From the NCBI GenBank assembly GCA_963827235.1, contig CAWHAE010000011.1:1-64000 (forward strand): a stretch of 64,000 nt of DNA. Direction: 5' to 3'. Positions 21,825 to 32,098 of this stretch are shown here, in pieces; the stretch's first letter is position 1, and each line of letters begins with the position of its first letter. The DNA comes from an uncultured bacterium. Lineage in GTDB: Bacteria > Chloroflexota > UBA5177 > JANWHV01. The notes under the pieces are model-generated. The model made no database searches, was not told where the DNA came from, and worked only from the letters and a program-made list of their open reading frames with translations. Both the position numbers and the translations under genes were made by a program.

Positions 21825-22564
21825 GATTTTCTTCCATGTCAAAGATCTCGCCAAGGAACGAACGCAGCTCCACCCAGGAGCGGCGGTCGGCGGAAGCCGA
21901 GTAGCCGAAGCCAGGCGCCGGAATGCCTCCCGCCTCGGGGCTGGTGAAGCCGTGGCAGACGCCACCGTAGAGGTTGACTTGCCAGTCAATTCCGGCGGCG
22001 GACATTTCCTCGCAGAACGCCGTCACTTGCGCCATCGGCACGAAGGGATCCGACGCGCCCGAGCAGACCAGCACCTTGCCCCGAATCCGGCCGGCGCTGT
22101 CCAGCTGCGTCGTATTCAATGCGCCGTGGAATACGGCGACGCCTCGAAGCGGCGCGCCCGTGCGGGCCAGTTCCAGCGCGCACCACCCGCCAAAGCAGTA
22201 GCCAATGACCGCCAGCCGCTCCGGATCCACCTGCGGGAACCTGTGCGAGAGCCTCGAGGCCAGCCTGCAGGCGGCCGTACAGGCGCTCGGGTTCGCTCTT
22301 CAACAGGTCTATGGTCGGGCGAACGGTTTTGGGATCATCGAGCACCCTGCCGTCACCGTGCAGGTCTGCCGCGAGGGCAACGTAGTTCATCTTTGCGAGC
22401 GCTGCGGCCCGGCGTATCACATGTGCGCCGGGGCCCGGGGCTTCCGGGATCACCAGGATGCCGGGCACCTTGCCCTGCACATCGGGGCATGCCAGCTGGC
22501 CACAGAAGCTGGCACCTTCGAAACTATAGCCAAGGCGCGTTGTGCTCAAGGCGTCTTCTCCCAC
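21808..22564 (-). CDS. Dienelactone hydrolase family protein (frameshift near 22230)
   Basis: ILVIPEAPG; GYCFGG nucleophile motif; FHG; HGFT. Confidence 0.88.
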
Positions 22565-23295
22565 TCGTCAATCAGAACCGGAACTGCCAGCGCGACCGCG
22601 TGCACGCCCATGCTCGTGATCAGCTTGCAGACATCCATGATCTCGCCCGGCGTGGCTCCGTTCGCGAGGGCCGCTCGCATATGCTGCCGCACCCCCGGGC
22701 CCGACAGCTGCGTGCACTGCGCATAGGCGGCCAACGCAATGAGATGGCTGTCCTTGGGCGGAAGCGGGCCGTCGGCGCCAACGGCCGTCGCGGCGAAGTT
22801 CAACCACACATCATAGAAGGCAGGATCGACACTGATAGCGGCGTCCACTTCAGGCAAGGCAGCGCCGAGCAACTGAAGATGCTTCTTGTGCACAGCCCGG
22901 GCATGGGACTCCAGTTCGCCCGTGGACAGCGCACCCGGCACGAGCTCTTCGAGTGCAGCCGCCCCGAGCAGATAGGTCTGCACACCGACCGTGCTGACAA
23001 TCATGGCTACCGCGATCAATTCCTGGAGCGAGGCACCGAATTCCCTGGCGAAACGGCCGTGTTGGCGCACACCGCGCTCGAAGAAGTGCGTGGGCGAACA
23101 ATTGGTGGCCACATAGATCAACTCGCGCATTTTGGGCGAAAGGCTGCCGCGCTCGGCCGTGTAGGCAGACAACTCGAGATAGGCTGCTACATATCCGGGA
23201 TTGACATGCAGCAGCCGTTCCCAGTCCTCATTCCAATAGCCTCGTCGCTGCTTGAAAGCCTCACGGATGCGGGACAGGGTTTCTTCGGGGGGCAT
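22546..23295 (-). CDS. Tandem-domain CMD/AhpD-like protein
   Basis: Two repeats LSPKMRELIYVA and LPPKDSHLIALA, each followed by H..A...GAS/T. Confidence 0.8.
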   Translation of the reverse strand: MPPEETLSRIREAFKQRRGYWNEDWERLLHVNPGYVAAYLELSAYTAERGSLSPKMRELIYVATNCSPTHFFERGVRQHGRFAREFGASLQELIAVAMIVSTVGVQTYLLGAAALEELVPGALSTGELESHARAVHKKHLQLLGAALPEVDAAISVDPAFYDVWLNFAATAVGADGPLPPKDSHLIALAAYAQCTQLSGPGVRQHMRAALANGATPGEIMDVCKLITSMGVHAVALAVPVLIDEWEKTP

Positions 23296-23309
23296 GATCG
23301 TTGTCCCGG

Positions 23310-24563
23310 TCAGAACGGCGACAGGGCCGGGTACCCGAAGTGAAGGCGCGCGAAGTTCACGGCGGTCCGGTCGATCTGCTGCGTGAAATGCGTGCGCTGA
23401 CATGAGATGTCGCGGTAGTAGCGCCCGAGCATCGACTTGTATTGGGCGACCTGCGTGCCGGCCGTGGTGAAGATGCGATCCGCTGCCTCGAACGCAAGGC
23501 GGGCGCCCTGCTGGACCAGCAGGAATATTCGGCGGTCTTCCGCTTCGGTGAAGTCGATGCCGCGCTCTGCCAGGGCCGTACAGGCATCCATGTAATCCTG
23601 CGTCGCTTTGAGAAGAGCCGCCTCAGCACCGTCCAGCGCTGCCTGGCACATGCCGAAATAGTGCTGGAACTCGTGGTGCTCCATGAGCTTTGTCTTCGGG
23701 GCGAAGCGCATCGGCTTGTTCCGCAGCAGGTCTTCGTACAGGTCGAGCATGCCACGCGCAGTCCCTGCCAACACGGCGCCGCCCTCGATCATGAAGAACG
23801 CGGCCTTGCGGCCGTTGTACATCGGGTTCTTATGCACCTTCTTGCCGGAAGCGCCCACCCACATCGCCAGCGGGGCAACGCGGTGCTCCGGGATGAACAG
23901 GTTTTCGACGGTCACTCGACGCGATCCGGTTCCTTGCATGCCGGACATGTCCCAGTTGTCGATGATCGTGTAGTCCTTGCGATCGACCAGCATAAGGACC
24001 GGCTTGGGTGCGCCGCCCTCCTGGGGAACCAGGCCGCCGACCATGATGTGCGTGGCAATGTCGCAACCGGAGGCATAATCCCAGAATCCCGACACAAGGT
24101 ACCCGCCCGGCACGACCTTCACGGGTATGGGAGATCCCAGCGACGGGCAACGGTATTCTCCGTCGCGCCCATATGCCTCGATCTGCGCTTGCTCGGGATG
24201 GTCTGCAAGGATGATGGGATGCCCCGAGGTCAATGCGAGCACCCAGCCACTTGAAGGACAGCCGCGTGACACTTCGCTCATGACCTTGACATAGGTCGGG
24301 AGATCGAATTCGTAGCCGCCAAATCGACGCGGCTGCACCACGCGGTAGAACCCGGCCTTGACGAATTCGTCGTTGGTCACGTCGAGGATTCGGCCGGCCG
24401 CTTCGGTGGCCTCCTGGCGGTCACGCAGCGTCTGGCGCATCGCCGTGGCGCGGCGGATCATCTCCTGCGGCGTAAGACTGCTCTCCGGGACCGGGATTGA
24501 GCCACCCGCCATCGGCGCCGTGTGCGACCCCTGCATGTCGAGAGCCTGCTTCGGATTGTTCAT
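23310..24563 (-). CDS. Group D flavin-dependent monooxygenase (acyl-CoA dehydrogenase fold, HsaA-like)
   Basis: QPRRFGGYE, CPSSGW, WDYASGCD, DNWDMSGMQGTGS, RYYRD. Confidence 0.88.
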   Translation of the reverse strand: MNNPKQALDMQGSHTAPMAGGSIPVPESSLTPQEMIRRATAMRQTLRDRQEATEAAGRILDVTNDEFVKAGFYRVVQPRRFGGYEFDLPTYVKVMSEVSRGCPSSGWVLALTSGHPIILADHPEQAQIEAYGRDGEYRCPSLGSPIPVKVVPGGYLVSGFWDYASGCDIATHIMVGGLVPQEGGAPKPVLMLVDRKDYTIIDNWDMSGMQGTGSRRVTVENLFIPEHRVAPLAMWVGASGKKVHKNPMYNGRKAAFFMIEGGAVLAGTARGMLDLYEDLLRNKPMRFAPKTKLMEHHEFQHYFGMCQAALDGAEAALLKATQDYMDACTALAERGIDFTEAEDRRIFLLVQQGARLAFEAADRIFTTAGTQVAQYKSMLGRYYRDISCQRTHFTQQIDRTAVNFARLHFGYPALSPF

Positions 24564-24628
24564 AATTACCTTCTCGCCTGAAGTTGATCATGTTCTGCGA
24601 ACAGTTGCCGGGCCAGATCCGCCGCTCT

Positions 24629-24826
24629 TCACGTCCGGTAGAGCCCGACCCGCTCGAACGCTTCGTGCATCTCCGGGGAATACGCACCGCGTTCCTCGGC
24701 CGCAGCCTGCTCATTCCGCAAGGTTCCTCGGAGGCGTTCCGCACGCGCGATCAGCACTTCGGGAGCCAGTCCCGGTTCCGGCTGCCGCATCGTGTCGACC
24801 ACTGCCCTCTGGGCCATGCTGAACAT
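24629..24826 (-). pseudogene. N-terminal remnant of a second group D monooxygenase
   Basis: PEVLIARAERLRGTLRNEQAAAEERG...EAFERVGLYR parallels the N-terminus of the adjacent gene (PQEMIRRATAMRQTLRDRQEATEAAG...EFVKAGFYR), then stops. Confidence 0.7.
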
Positions 24827-25240
24827 TGTCGCCCCCCGTGCAACCTATGGCTGGCTGCCGCGCCTTCACAGTAGTTCGCCTGCATAGGATGGACAATATG
24901 TGGCTGAGGCTGTCCGGGCTGTGTATCGGGAAGGCAGTGGGGCTCGTTCCCAAGGCCCTGGCCTCGCAAAAGGAAGCCGGGACATCGACCCGAAGGTCGA
25001 GCCCGGCCAGGTTAGCTGACAGTCTTCCGGGGGGCGGATCAGCTGTCCGCAATTTCCATGCGGCAGAAGGCAGGTCCGGAGGCCCAGTGGCACTGCGTTT
25101 GTTTCGCTGCAGCGCGTAGCAAAGGCTCAGGAGCAGGCAGCTCCATGCAAGCTCCCTGGCCCTGCCAGGCCTTGGCCGCAAGCTCCTCAGCCGCTCGTCA
25201 AAGCCGGGGCCGCCTCTCACTATCGGGCCGTGCTTGGCGC

Positions 25241-25844
25241 CTAGTTCACCTTCTTGGCCTTAGCCTGCGCGCCCGGCTTCTTCGGCAGCTCCGAGAGCGG
25301 CTTGAGGAGGAACTCCGGCAGCTTGGCGGGAATTTCCGCCGCATCCCAATGCTCCATCAACTTGCCGTCCTTCACGCGCCACGCGTCGAACCAGAACGCC
25401 TCGTAATACTTCCCCTTGTACTGCGGGTCGGGCAGATAGCGCTGCTGGAGGACAACGATCATGTCGCAATCGGCCATGACCTTGTAGAGCGGGTTGCCCT
25501 TGGGCGCGTCGGCCGGAGGGGGCGCAAACGGACCATCAGCACTCATCATCATCGGCATCAAGGCCTTGAATTCCTCACGCCCATGCAGATGATTGATCTC
25601 GCCGAAGCGCTTGAACTCCGGATTATGCTGTACATAGTCCTTGTCCATGATTTCCGGTCGCCTTGCCGATTTCATCCGGCTTCGGCGGCATCTGGAACAT
25701 GGCGGCTGCAAGCTTCTTGTTCGCCTCGATCGTGGCCTGATCCGGGCACACCGGGTCGCCCTTGCCAACGGCCGTCGCCGCATGCACGGCCACGGCCGGC
25801 AGCATGTTCGCCACGACAATGGCTCCGAACAGCATGTAACGCAT
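25241..25844 (-). CDS. Secreted SnoaL/NTF2-like protein (frameshift near 25660)
   Basis: Signal peptide, ANKKL, DYVQHNP, FDAWRVKDGKLMEHWD; close paralog at 59002-59607. Confidence 0.8.
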
Positions 25845-26042
25845 ATCAAGTTCTCCTGCAAAGTCTAGCTGGAATGCGTACGAAGGCCATCACGGTCCAG
25901 CATCGGATGGGGTGTCGTCGATCCGACTGCCAGAGAGCGCAGGCCATTGCCGCCAGGCGCCGCCGAGGAATTCGGGTCCGCTGTCGCAACAAATTGGCCT
26001 CGGACCTGCTCGCCGTTCGACTACCTGGCTGAGTCGCCGCCA

Positions 26043-26079
26043 CCCGCCCACCACGGGTTGTCTTTCCGTGATGGGCGGG
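26043..26079 (-). terminator. Stem-loop downstream of the TBDR gene
   Basis: CCCGCCCACCACGG / CCGTGATGGGCGGG 14-bp stem with one mismatch; no clear U-tract. Confidence 0.4.
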
Positions 26080-26144
26080 CACCAACGCGACTTCGCCCTA
26101 TGCAGCGGCCTGTCTGTCAGCCTCAGCTACCGCACTCACTCCCT

Positions 26145-28396
26145 TCAGAACCCCACGCGTAGTGAAACACCAAAGGTCCGGGGATCGCGCAATGTGCCAG
26201 CCGCAGCCACCACCGGAACGATGCTCGATATGTTCACGTAGTTGTTGAACTGCTGATTGGTTATGTTGCGACCCCAGAACGTCAGCGAATCCTTGGCGCG
26301 CAAAGGCCCACGTGGCGCTGAGGTTTGCCAACCACGTGTGATCCGCTCCCGATGTAGCTCTGCGCCGCCTTGTGCTGCGACCGCGCTAGTAATGGCGTAC
26401 ACGTCATAGTTGGAATTGTAGAGAGCGTCCGCCTGAACGGTCAGGGATTGATTGTCGCCGAACGTGAAGATATGGCTATAAGAAGGATTCACGGTCAGCG
26501 GGACGATGCCAGGGATCTTGGACTGCGCGACGCCCACGGCAAATACCGGCGTCTTGTCCACGTAATAAGGATTGAGGACGCTCACGTTCAAGCCAAACCG
26601 GTCGCTCCTCTGCGGCTGAAACAGGAGCTCGAGTTCCCCGCCAGTCATCCTTGCGGGCGAATTGGCAACCGAGAACAGGAAGATGCCAGGCGGAACGAAT
26701 CCGGTCTGCACAGATTGCTGATAGCCACCATAGCGGTAGAAGAACACTGCACCATTGACCTGGAGTCGCTCGTCCAGGAAACGGTTCTTGCTCCCCACTT
26801 CAAAGGCCGTCAGTGTTTCCGGCTCGTAAGGCGATATGGCAAGTGCGCCCGTGGAACCGGTGCTGATCGCGACGTCACCGGGCAGGAACGCCGTCGAGAC
26901 CGATGCATACAACAAGTTGCTGGGGGTAAGGTTATCCTCCAGGCGCAACTTGTAGGTGACGTTGTTCCAGTTGCGCGTGCCATCGCTTTGCCGGCAACAC
27001 GAGGGTGCCGCCCCCGCCCAGACCCGTCGTGTTGGTCTCGCCGGTCACCACCTTGGTGTGATCGTACCGCACACCTGCGGTCAGGCTGAGCGTGTCGGTC
27101 AGCGGGAACCCCGCCTCCGCAAAGACGCCCACGTTCCTTGTGCTGTGCGGTGACGTCACCGAGTTCTGCAGCAGCACTCCGCCCGGCGGGAAGAACGGAC
27201 CGGTGACCGCCAGATTGACCGTGGCCCGCGCGTCGTTATCGTAGAAGAATGCGCCCGTTTGCCAATTGATCGGCGAACCGGCGTTCGACGACAGGCGCAG
27301 TTCCTCGGTGTGGAACTGGTCGTAGGGCGTGGCCTGCTGGTTCGTGAGTGTCGCCCCCGGGGCCGGCGTACTGGTACACCGTACCGTGCTGGTCCAGTTG
27401 CGAAGCGACGGAATGTAAGTCAGCGTCGCGGGACCCAGGTTCCAGTCGACCTGTGCCCAAATCTGGCGGGTGTCATCGTGGCCGGTACCCAGGGGCAGCA
27501 CTTCCGTATACGCGATCTTGCCCGATGGAGTCATCGACTCCTCCGAGCTCTCCCGTACGCTCGATATTATTTTGCAGCGCAACTCCAGCCAGGATCGACA
27601 GATTGTCCGACGGCGTGAGAAGGAGTTTCACGCGGCCGTCGGTAGTATGTACAGCCCCTCCCTCCTTCGCATAGTAGCCGTCCCGGGAGTAATCATTGCC
27701 CGATACGCGCAGCGCTGCCACTGGCCCCGCGGGGATGTTGATGCCAGCGCTGTAGTGGCGCAGATCGAAATCACCGAACTCGGCCGTCGCCGTGCCGCTG
27801 AACTCCCCCACGACGGGATCAACGGTGTGAATCGCAACGACTCCGCCCGTGGCACTGCGACCGTACAGCGTTCCCTGGGGGCCACGCAGGACTTCGACCC
27901 GATCGATGTCGTAGGTGCTGCCAATGCCGCCGTAGACACCGTCGACATATTCGGCAACTGCCGGAACCACCGAGGTGGCGCTTCCGGGCGGAAGACCGTT
28001 GGACCCGACACCACGGATCGAAATGAGCCATGAAGGCGAGTCACTCACGCCAATCGCATTGCCAATGGCTGGCATCGCAACCACGACACCGGGCACATCC
28101 TCGAGGAACTCGGCTACAGCAAGCTTTCCCTGCGCGGCGAGGTCGTCACCGGTGCGCACGCTCACGGTGACCGCGGTCTTTTGCAGATCCACCGCTACGG
28201 CGCTCCGCCGTGACGATCACTTCCTGCAGCTGTGGTCATTGCTTGGCGAAGCACTCGCCGGCCGGCCGGCCTGCTGTGCCACGGCCACATTGCAGAGAGT
28301 ACCCGCAGCACCCATTGCCAAGCACATGGCCAGGCCCCTGCGCGCCTTCAGCCGGCGGCCCTCCACGACTCCCAGCGCCTTGTTGAAATCGATCAT
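26145..28396 (-). CDS. TonB-dependent receptor (several frameshifts)
   Basis: Signal peptide, IDRVEVLRGPQGTLYGRSATGG plug motif, PETLTAFEVGSKNRF, C-terminal PRTFGVSLRVGF; spread over ORFs 28217-28474, 27473-28192, 26932-27582 and 26145-26948. Confidence 0.88.
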
Positions 28397-28475
28397 AGAA
28401 CCCCCCAAAAAATCGCTAATGCGTTCTTGCTTGTGCGCCATGCCCACGCGCCGTGGCGATAGTTCTGCTGTCACC

Positions 28476-29072
28476 TCACGGTGACATCGAATGAAATGGC
28501 CGTAGCCACTCCCTCACTTCGGAGCGGGATGCGCCATTGCTCCCGGGCGGGCCCGGGGCCGCGCCCGGCGGCGGCGGCGGCAGGTCAATCTTGTACAACG
28601 GTGCATCGAGCCACTCTTCGATCTTGCGAGTCTGGGGATTGACCCGGAAGTAGCCACCGATAGTTACCTTCAATGTCTTGCCGCCAATATTGAAGTCATC
28701 GACGCGATCGGAAATGACCAGGACTTCCTTGGCGCCACCGATGGCGTATACGCGCAGGGTCTTGACGGCACCGATGGCCGGCATGATCATGTCAAGTGTT
28801 TTCTGCAGGGCTGCCTTGCCATGGCCGAGGTCACGCTCGGCAGGGTCGAGGCGGAACTCGACATCGTCTTCCATGTAGGACTTGACCTTCGCCGCATCGC
28901 GGGCAGCGAACGCCGCAGTCCAGTCGAGCACAACCTGGATGGCCACGCGCTCGTATTCGTTGTTGCCGGCGGTCTTCACCTTGTCCGCCGCCTGGGCGTT
29001 GGCAGAGGCCCCAAGCAGCGCGACCACGCTTGCGGCCACTGACTGCCACTTCCAATTCGACGATGTCTTCAT
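28476..29072 (-). CDS. Secreted limonene-1,2-epoxide hydrolase/NTF2-like protein
   Basis: Signal peptide (ASANAQA); VISDRVDDF...GYFRV...KIEEWLD pattern of the LEH family; Pro-rich tail. Confidence 0.7.
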   Translation of the reverse strand: MKTSSNWKWQSVAASVVALLGASANAQAADKVKTAGNNEYERVAIQVVLDWTAAFAARDAAKVKSYMEDDVEFRLDPAERDLGHGKAALQKTLDMIMPAIGAVKTLRVYAIGGAKEVLVISDRVDDFNIGGKTLKVTIGGYFRVNPQTRKIEEWLDAPLYKIDLPPPPPGAAPGPPGSNGASRSEVREWLRPFHSMSP

Positions 29073-29136
29073 AAGTTCCCCGTTTCGTTGCTCGTTTCCG
29101 AAGGTGTAAGAATCGATGAGCGCCCGGCCTCGCGAC

Positions 29137-30054
29137 TCAGGGCGCAGAAGTGAGCGAGCACGGCGTCGGATCCCATTTCGACCCGTCACTTTCCCGCTCG
29201 AAAGTCGCAACATAGTTGTAGTTGGCACGCAGGAGATCCGGGTCGTGTAGTGACGCGGTGACGATCAGATATTCCTTCTTGGTAACCGGATCCTGCTGCA
29301 CATCCCAGTATTCTGTGAGATCCGAATGCTCGCTGTAGGCGATGCCGTTCTTCCGGATGAGACCGGCCAGCATGTTGGTGGTCGTTATTTGAAGCGAGCC
29401 GAAATTTCCTTCGTTCGCAGGCGGGCCGAAGCCGGAGTCAGAAGCGGCGTGCATAAGCCATGACGCCCTCGATTGTCCCTGCCAGCTCGCTGGCGCTGAT
29501 GTGGCGTCCGGGCCAGGCTGGAACCGAAGCAGGCGGGTTTGCATGCCCGCGTCGGTCTCCACCCGGAGGGTATCGTCGTCACTCCACTCTATGCGCAGGC
29601 GCTCGGGCACCAGCATCACCACGCCGGCGCCATACGGCGCGCATTGGTTGCCCAATTTCTCATCCATCTTCGGGTCCCAGGCGTCGGCGTGCTGCTTGCC
29701 CGCGAGGTTCAGGGGTATACCCTGGTACTCGCCACGGCTCGGGACGACCATGCGGAATTGCCAGTCGCGGGTGACCAGCGAGACCCAATGACCCGTGGGG
29801 TCGAATGGCGCTGCGGCCTTGGCATTTGGCGCAGGCCTGCTCTCGGGCGGTGGCCCCTTTGGCATCGATGACGGCGCCGCGGGAGCAACCGGCCCGGACA
29901 CACCGGCGCCCGGGGGCCCGTTGCGTACCTGAGCGTGCACCATCCCTGCGCTGCCAGCCCAGCCAATCGTCATGGCAACAATTGCCGCCACGCCTCTGGA
30001 AAGCCTTCGTCCCTTGGCAGAGCCGACATCTTGCGAACAATGGCACCGCATCAT
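29137..30054 (-). CDS. Uncharacterised secreted protein
   Basis: Signal peptide ending VHAQ, Pro-rich linker, APFDPTGHWVSLVTRDWQFRM, QCAP, NGIAYS, KWDPTPC; overlaps the upstream gene by 4 nt. Confidence 0.8.
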   Translation of the reverse strand: MMRCHCSQDVGSAKGRRLSRGVAAIVAMTIGWAGSAGMVHAQVRNGPPGAGVSGPVAPAAPSSMPKGPPPESRPAPNAKAAAPFDPTGHWVSLVTRDWQFRMVVPSRGEYQGIPLNLAGKQHADAWDPKMDEKLGNQCAPYGAGVVMLVPERLRIEWSDDDTLRVETDAGMQTRLLRFQPGPDATSAPASWQGQSRASWLMHAASDSGFGPPANEGNFGSLQITTTNMLAGLIRKNGIAYSEHSDLTEYWDVQQDPVTKKEYLIVTASLHDPDLLRANYNYVATFERESDGSKWDPTPCSLTSAP

Positions 30055-31139
30055 TTGTTCTTGGCTCCCCGGCGCTCCTGGACCAGACTTTGGTAGACCG
30101 CGGCAATGAATTGCGACGTGGTCCAGTCGCCGGTGGTGGCGCCGTAGCGTGTGGTATAGCCACGCGCCGGGTTGGCGGCCTGCACCTGCTGCAGGTTCTT
30201 GCCGTGGGCGATGAGATCCTGCACGCGGTCACGAACGATGGTCAGCATGTCGCGATAGTTCAAGACATCAATCTGGTTGCAGAGCTGCCCACGCCCGGGC
30301 ACGATCAGCGTGCCACCGGGTCGCTGAAAGGCGGGACTCACGGCCACCGCAAGTTCGGACAGCAACCGGTTCATCGCCGCGATTTCACCCTGAATACTGC
30401 CTCCGTGCTCGACGTCGATGACAGGGAAGCGGGTCGTGTCCATGATGTCGCCAGCTACCACCACGTCGGAGCGGCGGAACATCACCATGGAATCTCCACT
30501 GGAGTGCGCCGCCGGCGCCCAAATCACCTGGATGGCCTGGTCGTTCAAGTACATGCTGCGCACAGGCCGGGCATAGAGTTCGCTTGGCAGCGTCGTCGCC
30601 GGAAGATCCTGGCCGAGGGACAGGAGCTGCAGCAGCGCGTTCTGATGCGCAATCACGGGCGCGACAAATCCAAGCGTGCCCGCGGTGAATGACTGGCCCG
30701 CCTCTGCGAGCGGTGTGTTACAGCCGATGCGGCTTGCATCCCCGTTGACGCTGACCAGGTAGCGCACGGGACTCTCGGCAATGGCGCGCACAGCCGCGAC
30801 AACGTCATCACAATGGCCGGCGGGCGAGGTCCCGATGACGAGGGTGCCCTGCCATCCGGTCTGCACTACAACGTTCACATTGTCGACCGTCAGCATGTAG
30901 ATGTCAGGCCTGACCTGAAGCACGCTGACTGCGCCGAACACTTTCGAATATTGCGCGGGCAACTGCCACGTCGCCTGGTCCGCGGTCGCAGGCACTCCCG
31001 TACCTACCAGCGGCTCCCTCCCGCCAGGGGCAAATTCTTCGGCGTGCGCCCAACGACCGCAGCCGACGGACAATGCCGCCACCAGCGCGAGCACGGCGCA
31101 GCCCCGGGCGAGCATTGCAAGACTAAGGATTGCTTTCAC
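30051..31139 (-). CDS. Secreted metallo-beta-lactamase-fold protein with degenerate metal site
   Basis: MBL scaffold motifs (PVRYLV, AHSSGD, VAGD, IVPGRG) present, but HxHxDH is replaced by NGDASR. Confidence 0.8.
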   Translation of the reverse strand: MKAILSLAMLARGCAVLALVAALSVGCGRWAHAEEFAPGGREPLVGTGVPATADQATWQLPAQYSKVFGAVSVLQVRPDIYMLTVDNVNVVVQTGWQGTLVIGTSPAGHCDDVVAAVRAIAESPVRYLVSVNGDASRIGCNTPLAEAGQSFTAGTLGFVAPVIAHQNALLQLLSLGQDLPATTLPSELYARPVRSMYLNDQAIQVIWAPAAHSSGDSMVMFRRSDVVVAGDIMDTTRFPVIDVEHGGSIQGEIAAMNRLLSELAVAVSPAFQRPGGTLIVPGRGQLCNQIDVLNYRDMLTIVRDRVQDLIAHGKNLQQVQAANPARGYTTRYGATTGDWTTSQFIAAVYQSLVQERRGAKNK

Positions 31140-32098
31140 GGCACATCAACACTTTGATATTGAAATCCATCGCCAACTTCCCATCCGGGCCCTGCGAGCC
31201 ACAGCAGTCTTCCGTGCAATAGCCCTTCGGCACCTGGTAGCTGCCGCGAATAGCTTTCGAGAATTCGGGATACATGGTCCGCTCGCCGCCCATTGCCGCC
31301 TCACGGGGTATTCCATGACGTGCCGTGGCGAAGTTCAGCATCGCTTCCGGTGGAGTGAGGTGGCTTGGAACATTCACCCCCGCGGTAGTCTCGACCTCTT
31401 CCTCGGGCGTGCAGATTGCCCCCGTTGTGTTGGCGTTGTTGACGATCGTAGGGTCGAGTGAAAACACGGCGCTCGTCACATAGGGTGCGGTGAGGTAGAC
31501 GGGGTCGTGCACGATCCCAGTGATGGTCAGCCAGTCTTCATGTCGCGTGATCAACATCGTGAATACTTCGCGGTCGCTGCTCGGCACTCCATTGCGGAAG
31601 ACGTAGCCATCCTGGATGTGGGTCGTGGTCGTCACGAGCGTGTCGCCTCGCCAGACTCCAGTCGTAAAGCCACCCGGAGTGTTTGCGGCCTGCGCGCTCG
31701 GATGCGGCCTGCCGTCCATCCAGATTGTGATGGGAATGCGGTCGACCGAGCCGCCGATATTCCAGGCGATGACCGTGCCGTCGAGCTTCTTGGTCGGCCA
31801 GATCTCGACGCTGAAGGGCATGAGCGTGATGTAGTGGACCGGCCAGGGCGCGCACTGGCGGTCGACTTCACTGATATTTTCGGCCGTGTAGGCTAGTGCC
31901 GCATCGCGCGCGGCGTCATTGATGGGCAACCCATAGAAGGAATCCGGGTCGGGTCCCGGCGCACGGATCTTGTTGTCCTGCTGGTTCCACAATGCGCCAA
32001 CCGCCAGTGAGGGCAACTTGCGCACTGGCCATGTTCGAACATAGCAGCGCCACGCAAGCAATTGCCCCAAGACGTTTGATCCGATGCCACTTGTCCAT
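31123..32098 (-). CDS. Uncharacterised secreted protein (frameshift near 31995)
   Basis: MDKWHRIKRLGAIACVALLCSNMASAQVALTGGW then GPDPDSFYGLPINDAAR, QCAP, IWMDGRPHP, GFTTGVWRGDTL, NGVPSS, Cys-rich C-terminus. Confidence 0.8.

Noticed and set aside
21499-23343. Long + strand ORF (614 aa), and similar antisense ORFs such as 42533-44197, 45614-46771 and 3495-4958
   Set aside because: Shadow frames of well-supported opposite-strand genes in GC-rich DNA; no domain motifs
30051-31139. Antibiotic-resistance metallo-beta-lactamase
   Set aside because: The metal-binding motif is absent and the context is not resistance-like
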